Below, piece by piece: positions 23,933 to 24,000 of a DNA stretch of 24,000 nucleotides (the first letter of the stretch is position 1; each line of letters starts with the position of its first letter). A program made the position numbers and the translations under genes. A model generated the notes under the pieces. It was given only the letters and a program-made list of their open reading frames with translations. It was not told the origin of the DNA and ran no database searches. Location: positions 1,681-25,680 of the forward strand of contig ONVD01000017.1 in the NCBI GenBank assembly GCA_900321185.1. The letters run 5' to 3'. The DNA comes from an uncultured Eubacteriales bacterium (GTDB lineage: Bacteria > Bacillota > Clostridia > Christensenellales > UBA1242).

Positions 23933-24000
23933 TTATCTCTTTTTGTACTTAGAATAAAAATCGCACAGTTCTTTAATAGTATTCTCTACTCCATTATCGA

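Noticed and set aside
23945-24000. Possible 3' end of a minus-strand gene at the right edge
   Set aside because: Of the three minus-strand frames, two hit a stop within a few codons of the window edge and the third has no stop before the lexA terminator. There is therefore no consistent gene end. The sequence is too short to call.

Overview
This is a 24 kb window of low-GC chromosome (about one third G+C by eye) from an endospore-forming Firmicute. All calls rest on motif recognition and gene order; no searches were run. The left 13 kb is a plus-strand housekeeping and sporulation backbone whose order resembles the Bacillus subtilis efp-spoIIIA-yqhY-nusB-xseAB-ahrC region. It reads: nrnA (3' part), truB, an endonuclease-IV-like TIM-barrel protein, efp, spoIIIAA through spoIIIAH, an Asp23-family protein, nusB, xseA, xseB, a small 4-TM membrane protein, argR and rny. 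Next comes about 0.75 kb with few ORFs, holding a structured segment that ends in a strong terminator, a 12-bp tandem repeat and a lone minus-strand tRNA-Trp(CCA). rnhA follows. The right 9.5 kb looks more accessory. It contains a minus-strand ABC-2 exporter pair whose ATPase has degenerate catalytic motifs, and a DedA/TVP38-type membrane protein. It also contains a 634-aa membrane-tethered PadR-like regulator facing away from a DUF45/M48 HExxH peptidase, then a 709-bp ORF-free region rich in palindromes, an XerC/D-family tyrosine recombinase and lexA. I found no CRISPR array, rRNA, IS element or transposase. Five items deserve follow-up: (1) the tethered PadR regulator and peptidase pair, together with the GCATAGTAC motif family confined to the two intergenic regions around the peptidase gene; (2) the 709-bp non-coding region next to the recombinase; (3) an EF-P with Arg rather than Lys at loop-tip position 32; (4) the DxxxD 4-TM protein sitting where ispA-dxs normally lie; (5) the possible RNA element downstream of rny. 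None of these is shown to be a new system from sequence alone.
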